Source: Candidatus Nanoarchaeia archaeon (GTDB taxonomy: Archaea > Nanobdellota > Nanobdellia > SCGC-AAA011-G17 > JACPNG01). Taken from it: a DNA stretch of 32,000 bases. The translations under genes and the position numbers were made by a program. The notes under the pieces were generated by a model. It saw only the letters and a program-made list of their open reading frames with translations, ran no database searches and was not told the DNA's origin. The stretch's first letter is position 1. Every line of letters starts with the position of its first letter. This document shows positions 14,703 through 23,670 of the stretch, one piece after another. Where the stretch lies: positions 316,835 to 348,834 of the forward strand of contig JAQTMK010000001.1 in assembly GCA_028714375.1 (NCBI GenBank), written 5' to 3'.

Positions 14703-15255
14703 TAGAATTGGGTCCAGGAGCTACCTGCTGTGAAAAGTTCATGACAGGTTCAAATAATTCATTGCTTGTTTCACCAGTGATGGCATCAATATCAAGATGA
14801 AGCATATTAAACCCGGTTGTTATGTAAGTAATGTTCCAGCATGGATTTCCTGTTTTCTGTAAAACAACAATAATATCCAGCTCTTTTTCTTTTGGGTATT
14901 TTGTATCTCTTAATTTGTTGAATATCTTTAAAGCTTTTTTAAAATCAATCTTAAGTTCACCCAGTTTTAATTCTTCTAAGTCTTTTTTTACTTTCTGGAA
15001 TATTTCATTGGTCTCCTTCACAACAACTTTGTCTTTTTCAAAAATAAAAGTGGCAATGTTTTTTGTTTCTTTGATATAGACATCAATCTGCCAGTTAGCC
15101 TCTTTCTCTTTTCCTGACTTGTAAATTATAAAACCGGCACATAAATAAGAGTCTTTATTTTTTTTAATAAATTCCTTGTATTCTTTACTTTTCTGTAATT
15201 TTTCCCAAGAATCCTTCAGTTTAGTTAGCATCTTTGTTCTCAACTTTTTCTGCAA
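14695..15255 (-). CDS. Hypothetical protein, possible PepSY-like repeats
   Basis: The C-terminal ...IDFKKALKIFNKL...CWNITYITTGFNMLHLDIDAITGE resembles the PepSY pattern (tentative). It overlaps the thrS 3' end. The start may be the Met at 15231. Confidence 0.45.
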   Translation of the reverse strand: MQKKLRTKMLTKLKDSWEKLQKSKEYKEFIKKNKDSYLCAGFIIYKSGKEKEANWQIDVYIKETKNIATFIFEKDKVVVKETNEIFQKVKKDLEELKLGELKIDFKKALKIFNKLRDTKYPKEKELDIIVVLQKTGNPCWNITYITTGFNMLHLDIDAITGETSNELFEPVMNFSQQVAPGPNSIN

Positions 15256-16924
15256 TCTCTTTTATTAAATCTTCTGGTTTTATACCAAATCTTACATTTC
15301 CGTCTCTTGTTCTGACAGCCAATGTTCCATTTTCTTCTTCTTTATCTCCTATTGTGATCATATAAGGAATTTTCTGTAACTGGGCATTTCTTATTTTTTT
15401 GTTCATTGTTTCTGCTTTGAAATCAGAATCAACCCTTATTCCTGCTTTTTTAAGTTTACTAACAATGATATCACAGAACTTAATGTTTTTGTCTGTAAGA
15501 TTTAGAACTATTACTTGTATAGGACTTATCCATAAAGGAAAATTACCTGAGTAATGTTCTATTAATATTCCGATAAATCTTTCAAAACTTCCATATATTG
15601 CCCTATGCACCATGACTGGTCTGTGCTTAGTTCCATCTTTGCCTTCATAAGTCAAATCAAATTTTTCAGGCATAGAAAAGTCTACCTGGATAGTTCCGCA
15701 CTGCCATTTCCTTCCCAATGCGTCTTTGACATGGAAGTCTATCTTAGGACCATAAAATGCTCCAGCACCTTCACTAATCTCATATTTAAGTTTCTTGGTT
15801 GCGAGTGCATCTTTCAATGAGTCTTCAGCTTTGTCCCATATCTCCTGGGAACCCATTGCTTTTCCAGGTTTTGTACTTAATTCAACTTCATATTCTAATT
15901 TAAATGAATGATAAATAAAATCACATAACTCAATTAATTCTATAATAGAATCTTTTAATTGTTCTTCCTCGCAGAAAACATGAGCATCATCCTGAGTAAA
16001 AGCTCTTACTCTAAATAACCCATTTAAAACTCCGCTTAGTTCATGCCTATGTACTAATCCAAATTCCCCGGCCTTTAATGGCAAATCTCTGTAAGATCTA
16101 ACTTTTGTTTTGTATACTAAAAGATTTCCAGGACAGTTCATTGGTTTAACAGCAAAATCTTGTTTGTCTATTTTGGTGAAATACATATTGTCTTTATAAT
16201 GATCCCAATGTCCTGATCTTTCCCATAAATATTTATTTAATATAATTGGAGTTTTATTTTCCTCGTAACCTCTTTTCTTCATTTCCTTTCTCATAAATTC
16301 TGCTAATTTATTAAAAATAAAAGTTCCTTTGTCATGGAAAAAAGGCATTCCCGGTGCTTCTGGATGAATTGAAAATAAATCCAGTTGTTTACCTAGCTTG
16401 ACATGATTTCTTTTTTCAGCTTCTTCTAAAAGTTTAAGATATTCCTTGAGTTCTTTTTCAGAACTGAAAGCAATACCATATATTCTCTGAAGCATGTCAT
16501 TGTCAGAATCTCCTCTCCAGTAAGCTCCAGCTAATTTAGTTAGTTTAAATGCTTTTATTTCTTTGGTAGAATGAATGTGTGGACCCTTGCACAAATCAAA
16601 AAATTCTCCAGTGTAATAAAAACTTATTTTATCATCTTCTAAGTCCTTTAATAAATCTAATTTGTAGGGTTCGTTCTTAAGAAGTTTCTCAGCTTCCTTT
16701 CTTGAAACAGATTTTTGTATGAATTTCTCATCTTTCTCAATAATTCTGTGCATTTCCTTTTCAATATTTTTTAAATCTTCTTCTTTGATGTTTAAATTAC
16801 CAAAATCATAATAGAATCCTTCTTCAATCGCAGGTCCGATGCCTAGTTTGACATCAGGATACAGCTTTTTTACAGCTGCAGCCATTACATGCGATGTTGA
16901 ATGCCTAAGAGTTTCCAAATCCAT
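15221..16924 (-). CDS. thrS: Threonyl-tRNA synthetase, bacterial-type editing domain, no TGS domain
   Basis: 567 aa. It begins directly at the N2 editing domain (RHSTSHVMA HxxxH, DLCKGPH), followed by the class II catalytic core and a C-terminal anticodon-binding domain. Confidence 0.95.
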   Translation of the reverse strand: MDLETLRHSTSHVMAAAVKKLYPDVKLGIGPAIEEGFYYDFGNLNIKEEDLKNIEKEMHRIIEKDEKFIQKSVSRKEAEKLLKNEPYKLDLLKDLEDDKISFYYTGEFFDLCKGPHIHSTKEIKAFKLTKLAGAYWRGDSDNDMLQRIYGIAFSSEKELKEYLKLLEEAEKRNHVKLGKQLDLFSIHPEAPGMPFFHDKGTFIFNKLAEFMRKEMKKRGYEENKTPIILNKYLWERSGHWDHYKDNMYFTKIDKQDFAVKPMNCPGNLLVYKTKVRSYRDLPLKAGEFGLVHRHELSGVLNGLFRVRAFTQDDAHVFCEEEQLKDSIIELIELCDFIYHSFKLEYEVELSTKPGKAMGSQEIWDKAEDSLKDALATKKLKYEISEGAGAFYGPKIDFHVKDALGRKWQCGTIQVDFSMPEKFDLTYEGKDGTKHRPVMVHRAIYGSFERFIGILIEHYSGNFPLWISPIQVIVLNLTDKNIKFCDIIVSKLKKAGIRVDSDFKAETMNKKIRNAQLQKIPYMITIGDKEEENGTLAVRTRDGNVRFGIKPEDLIKEIAEKVENKDAN

Positions 16925-16945
16925 AAAAAACTAAAAAGATAGAAC

Positions 16946-16955
16946 TATTTAAAAT
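16946..16955 (-). promoter_or_regulatory. TATA box for thrS (leaderless spacing)
   Basis: TATTTAAAAT lies 21 nt from the thrS ATG. It is part of a direct repeat AACTATTTAAA shared with the divergent promoter. Confidence 0.5.
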
Positions 16956-16970
16956 TAACCATCGCAAACT

Positions 16971-16978
16971 ATTTAAAT
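16971..16978 (+). promoter_or_regulatory. TATA box for the surface-protein gene (leaderless spacing)
   Basis: ATTTAAAT ends 21 nt before the ATG at 17000. Confidence 0.5.
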
Positions 16979-16999
16979 AAAAACGCAGTCCTTTTTAAC

Positions 17000-18865
17000 A
17001 TGAAAAAGAGGTTACTCATATTTTTAGCTATATTATTGATTATCCCTTTTACTTATGCGACTATAACAATCGATCCTTTGACAAAATCACAGTACAATAT
17101 AGGGGACACTTTTTTATTCTCAGGATCAATAGAAGCAACAGAGGATATTGATGGATACTTTGAAACAGCATTTGTTTGCAGTTCTTCAACAACAACAATG
17201 CCAAGAGTTCAGTTATATCTATCAACAGGACAGAAAAAATTGTTTCCTTCAGATATTATTGTTCCACCTTTAACAACCTCAAGTTCAATGGTTGGAACCT
17301 GTACAGTTAAATCTTCAGTTATTGAACAGGGAGAAGTTAAGGAAACCAAATCTACATCAGAGTTTACTGTTTCAAAAGAACTTAAAGGACTTAATTTTAA
17401 TATTGATAAAACAAGATTGCAGGTAGGAACTGAATTTACTCTCACCGCACTTATAACAAAATTGGATAATACAAACGTAGAAGGTTCAGCAGAAATTTAT
17501 ATAACAGGAAAAGATAACAGCACAGACGAATTCTTTTTGGGGACTACAGCAATAAATAATGGAAAGATTGATTTTACATACAAAACAACCGCAATACCTC
17601 CAGGAAAATATGGAATTAAAATTGTTGCAAGAGATCCATACACAAACGAAAAAACATTTGAAAATATCTTAGAATTTGAATTGACAAATGAATTGTCCTT
17701 GAATGCAAACATTGATTTTCCAGAAACTCTTCCAGGAAAAATAATAAAAATCACCGGAGATGTTAAAAATATTTTCCTAACTTCAATTGCCCAAGGTAAT
17801 TTAAAGGTTATATTTAATGGAAATGAGTATAAGACAACATTTGCAGATGGAATTATTGATTATTCAATCACAGTTCCAACAAATATTAAATCAGGGAAAC
17901 ATGTAGTAACCGTGGAAGTTGATGACGGAGTTGGAAACAAAGCAGTAAAAGAAATAACAATAAGCATAAACCCAATCTCAACCACACTTAGCGGGATAAT
18001 CAATGGCAAAGAACATGTTCCAGGAGATGTTCTTGAAATAACTCCAATGTTGTATGATCAGGCAAATGATGTAATGCCTGGGGAGATAGCAATTGAAATT
18101 TTAGATCCAAATGGAAATGTATTATATCAGGACTCAAAACAGGTAAATACAAAAGGATCTTACAAACTTGACAATCTTGCAGAACCTGGATCATATAAAC
18201 TTAAATTATCATTCAGCAGCTTGAAAACTGAAGATACATTCACAATTACAGCAATCTCCAAATTAGATATTGGATTAGAGAATGAAACTTTGGTTATAAC
18301 CAATGTTGGGAACGTCGGATATAAGAATATTATTCACATAGACATGAATTCCGGAACATATTTGTTTGATGAAAAAATTAATTTGGATTCAGGAGAAAAA
18401 ACCTACATTGATCTTTCATCAAAAGTAGAAACAGGAACATACGATATTTTGATTACTCACGATGAATCAGAAAAAAGATTCACAAACGTTTACATTGTTG
18501 GTAAAAAACAAGTAAACCTAAACGTGTTCTATATAATTTTGATAATCCTTATCTTCTTGATTGTTATCTACTCATTGATATTAAAGAACAGGAAAATATT
18601 CAAGGTAAAACTTCCAAGATTTATAAGAAAGACCCATATAAGTTCAGATAACTTAAAACCAATCAGCAGAGAACCAGTAAGAAAACACAAATTGTCTTCC
18701 ATAGGAAGATTTGGAACAGCAAACGAAAAAGATACAGAATACTTCAGGAATAAAGTCGTTGAAGATATAAAAAAGAGTCAATCACCAGAGGGGCAGGGAT
18801 CTTCTTACTTTAATAGGAAAAAAGAAGATAAACCTAGAGACGGCTCATTTAAGATGTTTGATTAG
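17000..18865 (+). CDS. Large secreted, C-terminally anchored surface protein with repeated beta-rich (Ig/CARDB/MG-like) modules
   Basis: Signal peptide MKKRLLIFLAILLIIPFTYA. The ectodomain is about 500 aa, with recurring ...PG(D/K)...I.I.G... modules. One TM helix (FYIILIILIFLIVIYSLIL) is followed by a basic cytoplasmic tail of roughly 80 aa. Confidence 0.7.
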   Translation: MKKRLLIFLAILLIIPFTYATITIDPLTKSQYNIGDTFLFSGSIEATEDIDGYFETAFVCSSSTTTMPRVQLYLSTGQKKLFPSDIIVPPLTTSSSMVGTCTVKSSVIEQGEVKETKSTSEFTVSKELKGLNFNIDKTRLQVGTEFTLTALITKLDNTNVEGSAEIYITGKDNSTDEFFLGTTAINNGKIDFTYKTTAIPPGKYGIKIVARDPYTNEKTFENILEFELTNELSLNANIDFPETLPGKIIKITGDVKNIFLTSIAQGNLKVIFNGNEYKTTFADGIIDYSITVPTNIKSGKHVVTVEVDDGVGNKAVKEITISINPISTTLSGIINGKEHVPGDVLEITPMLYDQANDVMPGEIAIEILDPNGNVLYQDSKQVNTKGSYKLDNLAEPGSYKLKLSFSSLKTEDTFTITAISKLDIGLENETLVITNVGNVGYKNIIHIDMNSGTYLFDEKINLDSGEKTYIDLSSKVETGTYDILITHDESEKRFTNVYIVGKKQVNLNVFYIILIILIFLIVIYSLILKNRKIFKVKLPRFIRKTHISSDNLKPISREPVRKHKLSSIGRFGTANEKDTEYFRNKVVEDIKKSQSPEGQGSSYFNRKKEDKPRDGSFKMFD

Positions 18866-19342
18866 AATCAAATCTTTATTTGTTAATATTTGTTTGTTAA
18901 ACTTAAATTCTTCTTTTAATTTCTTGACTATTATATCAAAACTCTCAACTCTCCTTAAAACTGAAAAAACAAAATTCCCTTTACACACCCTTTTCATTTC
19001 CTTTATTGCCTTGTCCAGATCCTTAACATTTTGTAATACAGTTACGCAGATTACATTGTCAAAATAATTATCATCAAAAGGGATTTTCTCAGCACTGGCT
19101 TTAAATGCATTTTCTTTATCTTTAATCAGTTCTTCGCTTGGGTCTATGCCGATAACGTTGTCAAAAAATTCTCTGGAGATTAAGGTTCCGCAGCCAACAT
19201 CCAAGGTTAATCCGTTTAATTTGACATTCTGCTTGATAATCATAAATTTTTCTCTCTGTTCATCCCCATATAATTCCTCATAGCCCTTTTGACTTAACTT
19301 ATTGTACATCTTCATTATCATGGCCTGGAGCAAGAACAACAT
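18845..19342 (-). CDS. Class I SAM-dependent methyltransferase
   Basis: Motif I LDVGCGTLIS, motif II D at GIDPS, and a post-II acidic loop. The start is probably an internal Met (MYNKL) just after the MBL gene stop. Confidence 0.75.
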   Translation of the reverse strand: MLFLLQAMIMKMYNKLSQKGYEELYGDEQREKFMIIKQNVKLNGLTLDVGCGTLISREFFDNVIGIDPSEELIKDKENAFKASAEKIPFDDNYFDNVICVTVLQNVKDLDKAIKEMKRVCKGNFVFSVLRRVESFDIIVKKLKEEFKFNKQILTNKDLILIKHLK

Positions 19343-19889
19343 AAGGAATCTCAGCTAATTTTGTTATTGATTCTTTCATTCTCCATGGCAAAGAAGTGGG
19401 CAAATCAGTTCTCCCCAATGTTCCGTTTTTGAATAAAGTATCTCCGGTGAACAAAACAGCATCTTCCTCAAACCACAAGCATATTGATCCTCTTGTATGC
19501 CCCGGAGTTAAATATGTTTTAAGTCCATAAAATACTTCAGGTACTTTTAACAATTTAACATCAGTGAGTAATTCAAAATCTTTTAGACATGCTTTTTCAG
19601 GGGCCAATCTGTAACTTAAGATTTCCTGCTCAGAAGCATAAAATTTCGCATGTGGGAACTTCTTTGGATTGCCAATATGGTCATAATGTAAATGAGTATA
19701 GATTACATGTTTTATCTTTGAGGCAGGAACCCCGATTAAATCCAATGCTCTTAATAAAATATCGCTGTTACCATTATTTCCTGGATCAATTAATATTGGT
19801 TCTTCTCTTATGATTAAATAACAATTTGAGCTTGGTTCTATTGGACCGTTTATTTTCCATACTGATTCAGAAAGTTTCTTTGTCTTCAT
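19299..19889 (-). CDS. MBL-fold metallo-hydrolase (glyoxalase II-like)
   Basis: THLHYDHIG (HxHxDH), downstream TPGHTRGS, and GDTLF motifs. Confidence 0.85.
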   Translation of the reverse strand: MKTKKLSESVWKINGPIEPSSNCYLIIREEPILIDPGNNGNSDILLRALDLIGVPASKIKHVIYTHLHYDHIGNPKKFPHAKFYASEQEILSYRLAPEKACLKDFELLTDVKLLKVPEVFYGLKTYLTPGHTRGSICLWFEEDAVLFTGDTLFKNGTLGRTDLPTSLPWRMKESITKLAEIPYVVLAPGHDNEDVQ

Positions 19890-19920
19890 AAATTTAAACT
19901 AGTTTGATAATTTATAAGGA

Positions 19921-20280
19921 TTATTGTGATTTAGACTTTTCATTTTTTAATTTAGCAATATAGTTCCGAAGATTCTTTTCAAGATCTGAAGGAATCTGAC
20001 CATATTTTCCAAGGGCTCTTTCCTTTTCCATTTGGATATATTCATTTTCCTCTTCAGGGGTTAGGCCTCCGAAAAATTCATCCTTTAATCCCTCTATATA
20101 ATCAAGAATTTCTTCTGGAGAGTAATCCTTAAAACTCCTGCCGTTCTCATCAAATTCTTTCGGAGTAAAATAGTATTTTATTTTTTTACTAAGATTATTG
20201 TCCATTTCTTTGATAAAATCATACTCCTTTATATTTTTTACTCCAGAGAATCCGAAATATTTATAAACTGTTAAGTTCAC
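19921..20280 (-). CDS. Hypothetical protein (orphan)
   Basis: The ORF has no recognised motif. The track start is GTG 20280, upstream of a TATA box at 20260-20267, so the real start may be the ATG at 20205. Confidence 0.4.
   Translation of the reverse strand: MNLTVYKYFGFSGVKNIKEYDFIKEMDNNLSKKIKYYFTPKEFDENGRSFKDYSPEEILDYIEGLKDEFFGGLTPEEENEYIQMEKERALGKYGQIPSDLEKNLRNYIAKLKNEKSKSQ
20260..20267 (+). promoter_or_regulatory. TATA box for the HTH regulator / isc operon (leaderless spacing)
   Basis: TTTATAAA ends 24 nt before the ATG at 20292. Confidence 0.5.
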
Positions 20281-20291
20281 TATTGTGAACT
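20274..20291. promoter_or_regulatory. Perfect palindrome AGTTCAC-TATT-GTGAACT over the predicted transcription start (candidate operator)
   Basis: 7-bp arms with a 4-nt spacer, lying between the TATA box and the ATG of the HTH regulator gene. Confidence 0.45.
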
Positions 20292-20645
20292 ATGAAAACA
20301 AGACAAGAAATGGAAGTTTGGTACACCCTGCCAGCATTGAGAAAGCAATTAACATTAGAACTGAAACAACTAGGTCTAACTCAGACAGAAATAGCTAAAA
20401 TTCTGTGCGTAAGACCATCGGCAATATCACAATATGTAAAAAACAAAAGAGCAACACAATTCAATTTTCCAGAAAATATAAAAAAAGAAATAAAAAAATC
20501 CGCTAAAAATCTTAAAGAAAAAAAGTGTGGTTTAATAGAAGAATTAAACAGATTATGTCTAATCATAAGAAAAGGCGGTCATCTTTGCACAATACATAAA
20601 GCACAAGAACCAGAACTAAAAAATTGTAAAGTTTGTTTAAAATGA
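20292..20645 (+). CDS. XRE-like HTH transcriptional regulator with C-terminal Cys/His cluster
   Basis: HTH in LGLTQTEIAKILCVRPSAISQYVKNKR. C-terminal pattern is C79-x9-C89-x9-C99-x12-C112-x2-C115, plus H97 and H102. The 3' end overlaps iscS by 13 nt. Confidence 0.7.
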   Translation: MKTRQEMEVWYTLPALRKQLTLELKQLGLTQTEIAKILCVRPSAISQYVKNKRATQFNFPENIKKEIKKSAKNLKEKKCGLIEELNRLCLIIRKGGHLCTIHKAQEPELKNCKVCLK

Positions 20646-21769
20646 TATATTTGGATAATGCCTCAACAACAAAAGTAGATGAAGAAGTAATTAAAACTAT
20701 AAATCCTTATTTCAATAAAATCTACGGAAATGCATCTTCATTGCATTCATTAGGTACAGAGGCAAGAAAAGCACTTGAAGATTCAAGAAAAATCATAGCT
20801 GAAAAAATAAATGCATTACCAGAAGAAATTATATTTACAGCTTCAGGAACAGAAGCAAATAACATAATTATCCAGGGAATTGCCAAATCAAAAGGAAAAG
20901 GGCATATCATAACAACAAAAATAGAGCATCCCGCAGTTTTGGAAACTGTAAAAACTCTGGAAAAAGAAGGTTTTGAAGTTACTTACTTAGACGTGGATGA
21001 AAAGGGTTTTGTAAAAAATCTTGAAAAATCAATAAAACCAAACACAATCTTAGTTTCAGTAATGCACGCAAACAATGAAATAGGAACAATTCAGGATCTA
21101 GAAAAGATAGGAAAAATTTGTGAAAAAAAAGAAATATTCTTTCATTCAGACTGTGTTCAGTCTTTCACAAAAGTTCCAATAGATGTTAGAAAAATGAATC
21201 TGAGTGCAATAACAATCTCAGCCCACAAGATACATGGTCCAAAAGGAGTTGCAGCTTTATATCTGAAGAAAGGAACAAGGCTGAAAAAAATCATGTATGG
21301 AGGCCATCATGAAAGAGATGTGCGTCCAGGTACTGAAAACATACCTGGGATCACAGGTTTTGCAAAAGCTTCAATGCTGATAAAAGAAAAAGAAATAAAA
21401 CAAATGGAAAAACTAAGGGATCGATTAATTGATGGTTTGTTAAAGATATCAAATTCAAGATTAAATGGAGACAGAACCAAAAGATTATGTAATAATGCAA
21501 GCATCTCATTCAAGTATGTTGAAGGAGAATCAATTTTATTGTACCTTAATGATAAAGGTATTGCAGTTTCAACAGGATCTGCCTGTTCTTCACAATCTTT
21601 AGAACCAAGTCATGTTTTGATAGCTATTGGTTTACCTCACGAAATTGCACATGGAACAATAAGATACTCACTAAGCAAATACACAACAGAAAAAGAAATT
21701 GATTACACAATAAAAGAAACAAAGAAAGTTGTGGAAAAATTAAGGGAAATGAGCCCAATAAGGAGATAA
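20633..21769 (+). CDS. iscS: Cysteine desulfurase (IscS/NifS type, class V aminotransferase)
   Basis: PLP lysine in SAHKIHGPKG, persulfide cysteine in STGSACSS. 378 aa. Confidence 0.93.
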   Translation: MFKMIYLDNASTTKVDEEVIKTINPYFNKIYGNASSLHSLGTEARKALEDSRKIIAEKINALPEEIIFTASGTEANNIIIQGIAKSKGKGHIITTKIEHPAVLETVKTLEKEGFEVTYLDVDEKGFVKNLEKSIKPNTILVSVMHANNEIGTIQDLEKIGKICEKKEIFFHSDCVQSFTKVPIDVRKMNLSAITISAHKIHGPKGVAALYLKKGTRLKKIMYGGHHERDVRPGTENIPGITGFAKASMLIKEKEIKQMEKLRDRLIDGLLKISNSRLNGDRTKRLCNNASISFKYVEGESILLYLNDKGIAVSTGSACSSQSLEPSHVLIAIGLPHEIAHGTIRYSLSKYTTEKEIDYTIKETKKVVEKLREMSPIRR

Positions 21770-21770
21770 A

Positions 21771-22145
21771 ATGTATTCAGAAAAAATGCTTGAAAGATTC
21801 AGAAATCCAAAATTCGTTGGTGAGATAAAAAATCCGGACGGAGTTGGAGAAGAAGGGAATATGCGTTGCGGAGATGTGATGAAAGTTTTTATTAAAGTTA
21901 AAAACAATAAGATTACAGATGCTAAATTCAAGACCTTTGGATGTGCTGCTGCAATAGCTGCCTCAGATGCGTTGTGCGAACTGGCAATTGGAAAAACATT
22001 AGAGCAGGCACTTAAAATAGAAAAGAATGATATAATCAAATTGCTTGGAGGAGATGTTCCAGCAATAAAACATCACTGTTCTATTCTTGGAGTTGAAACT
22101 TTACATAAAGCTATAGAAGAGTATAAAAGAAAGCAGAAAAAATAA
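21771..22145 (+). CDS. iscU: Fe-S cluster assembly scaffold IscU/NifU-N
   Basis: Three conserved cysteines in MRCGD, TFGCAAAIAASD and HHCSILG. It starts 1 nt after the iscS stop. Confidence 0.93.
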   Translation: MYSEKMLERFRNPKFVGEIKNPDGVGEEGNMRCGDVMKVFIKVKNNKITDAKFKTFGCAAAIAASDALCELAIGKTLEQALKIEKNDIIKLLGGDVPAIKHHCSILGVETLHKAIEEYKRKQKK

Positions 22146-22158
22146 AAATTTGGATTTC

Positions 22159-22539
22159 TTATTTATGATGCTCCAAAATATAACTTTCTCTGATCTTTTG
22201 TAGCCACTCCCTTTCTTTATTTTCTTGTTCTTGTGTCTGCCTCTCTAGAGAGTTTTCACATAATTCCTTTATTTTTTGATATATTGGATAAACTTGGGTT
22301 CCGCTCATTTCTCCGATATCATATAAACTACCTCTCTCTTTCTTGTTAGTAACATAAACAGTAACCCTGGTTTTTTTACTCTTACTAATTAAACCAATTT
22401 TAGCACAATGAATGTTTACCTTTTGATATTTATCCTCAAGATAACCATTGTAACTATCCTTACTAAAAGAATACCACTTATCCATTTTTTCAACAAGTTG
22501 TGCAATTTCCTCAAGTGTTAACCCTTTATTATTTTCCAT
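22159..22539 (-). CDS. Hypothetical protein (orphan)
   Basis: 126-aa ORF with no recognised motif. Confidence 0.5.
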   Translation of the reverse strand: MENNKGLTLEEIAQLVEKMDKWYSFSKDSYNGYLEDKYQKVNIHCAKIGLISKSKKTRVTVYVTNKKERGSLYDIGEMSGTQVYPIYQKIKELCENSLERQTQEQENKEREWLQKIRESYILEHHK

Positions 22540-22630
22540 TTTTAGACCCCCATTAATTCACCGCTTAGCAAGAATAACACATAACACTTATTTAATACTT
22601 TTCTATAAATTTTATTACTTTTACGCAAGA

Positions 22631-22638
22631 TTTATAAA
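22631..22638 (+). promoter_or_regulatory. TATA box for the tandem Lrp/AsnC gene (leaderless spacing)
   Basis: CGCAAGA-TTTATAAA ends 23 nt before the ATG at 22662. Confidence 0.5.
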
Positions 22639-22661
22639 TAAGTAACACACTAATTATAAAT

Positions 22662-23624
22662 ATGATAATAAAATTAGATTTAAAAGATAAAAAATTACTA
22701 ACTTTATTAGATGAGAATGCGAGATTATCAAATAGTCAGATTGCTAAAAAAATAGGATTAAGTAAACCCACCGTAGAATACAGATTAAGAAGACTTGAAA
22801 AAAATAACTTAATTTTTCAGTATTATACTATTATTAATTTTACAAAACTTGGTTATTTTCAATATAAAATTTATTTTAAGCTTCAAGACACAACCTTAGA
22901 AGATGAAAAAACCATTCTAGATTATTGGAGTCAGAATAAGAATTCCATTTGGGTTGCTCAGATTAGAGGAGAATGGGATTTGGCAGTTTCTATTTTAACA
23001 AAATCAAATTTTGAGTTTGGTAAGGTTCTAAATCAATTCATGAACAAATTCTCAAGATTTATTTTAAAGAAAGATGTTTTACTTACAGAATACTCCCCAG
23101 TTTATGCAAGAGAATATCTAACCGAAACAAAACCCTCAGAATTTATTTATGGAACTCCCTCTAAAATCTATGAATTAGATGAAACAGACGAAAAAATACT
23201 AAAAGAACTTTCTATAAATGCAAGAATAAACATCGTAGATTTAGCAAAAAAAACAAAATTAACTCGAGACATAATTAATTACAGACTAAAAAAATTAACA
23301 AAAGAAAAAATAATTGTTCAGTATAGATGTTATTTAAATCTTCAAAATCTGGGGATAAATCATTATAAAATAATTTTTAGAACTAAAAATTTTGATGAAC
23401 AAACAGAAAAACAAATAAAATTATATGTGGCTCAACATAAAAGAGCAACCCAATTTTTAAAACTAATTGGTTCTTGGGATTTGGAACTTGAATTTGAAAC
23501 TGAAAACGAAGATGAACTTTATAAAATTTTAACAGATATAAGAAAAAGATTCTCTAATATAATTAGAGACTTTGATATTTTAAGAATAATTGAAACCTAT
23601 AAATATAATTATTTTCCATTTTAG
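22662..23624 (+). CDS. Tandem-duplicated Lrp/AsnC-family transcriptional regulator
   Basis: Two wHTH units (LDLKDKKLLTLLDENARLSNSQIAKKIGLSKPTVEYRLRRLEKNNLI and LDETDEKILKELSINARINIVDLAKKTKLTRDIINYRLKKLTKEKII), each followed by an RAM-like alpha/beta half. Confidence 0.8.
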   Translation: MIIKLDLKDKKLLTLLDENARLSNSQIAKKIGLSKPTVEYRLRRLEKNNLIFQYYTIINFTKLGYFQYKIYFKLQDTTLEDEKTILDYWSQNKNSIWVAQIRGEWDLAVSILTKSNFEFGKVLNQFMNKFSRFILKKDVLLTEYSPVYAREYLTETKPSEFIYGTPSKIYELDETDEKILKELSINARINIVDLAKKTKLTRDIINYRLKKLTKEKIIVQYRCYLNLQNLGINHYKIIFRTKNFDEQTEKQIKLYVAQHKRATQFLKLIGSWDLELEFETENEDELYKILTDIRKRFSNIIRDFDILRIIETYKYNYFPF

Positions 23625-23636
23625 AGAGCAGAAAAA

Positions 23637-23644
23637 TTTATAAA
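23637..23644 (+). promoter_or_regulatory. TATA box for orphan gene 23671 (leaderless spacing)
   Basis: TTTATAAA ends 26 nt before the ATG at 23671. Confidence 0.45.
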
Positions 23645-23670
23645 CCATAAAACTTAACATTTAAAACTTC

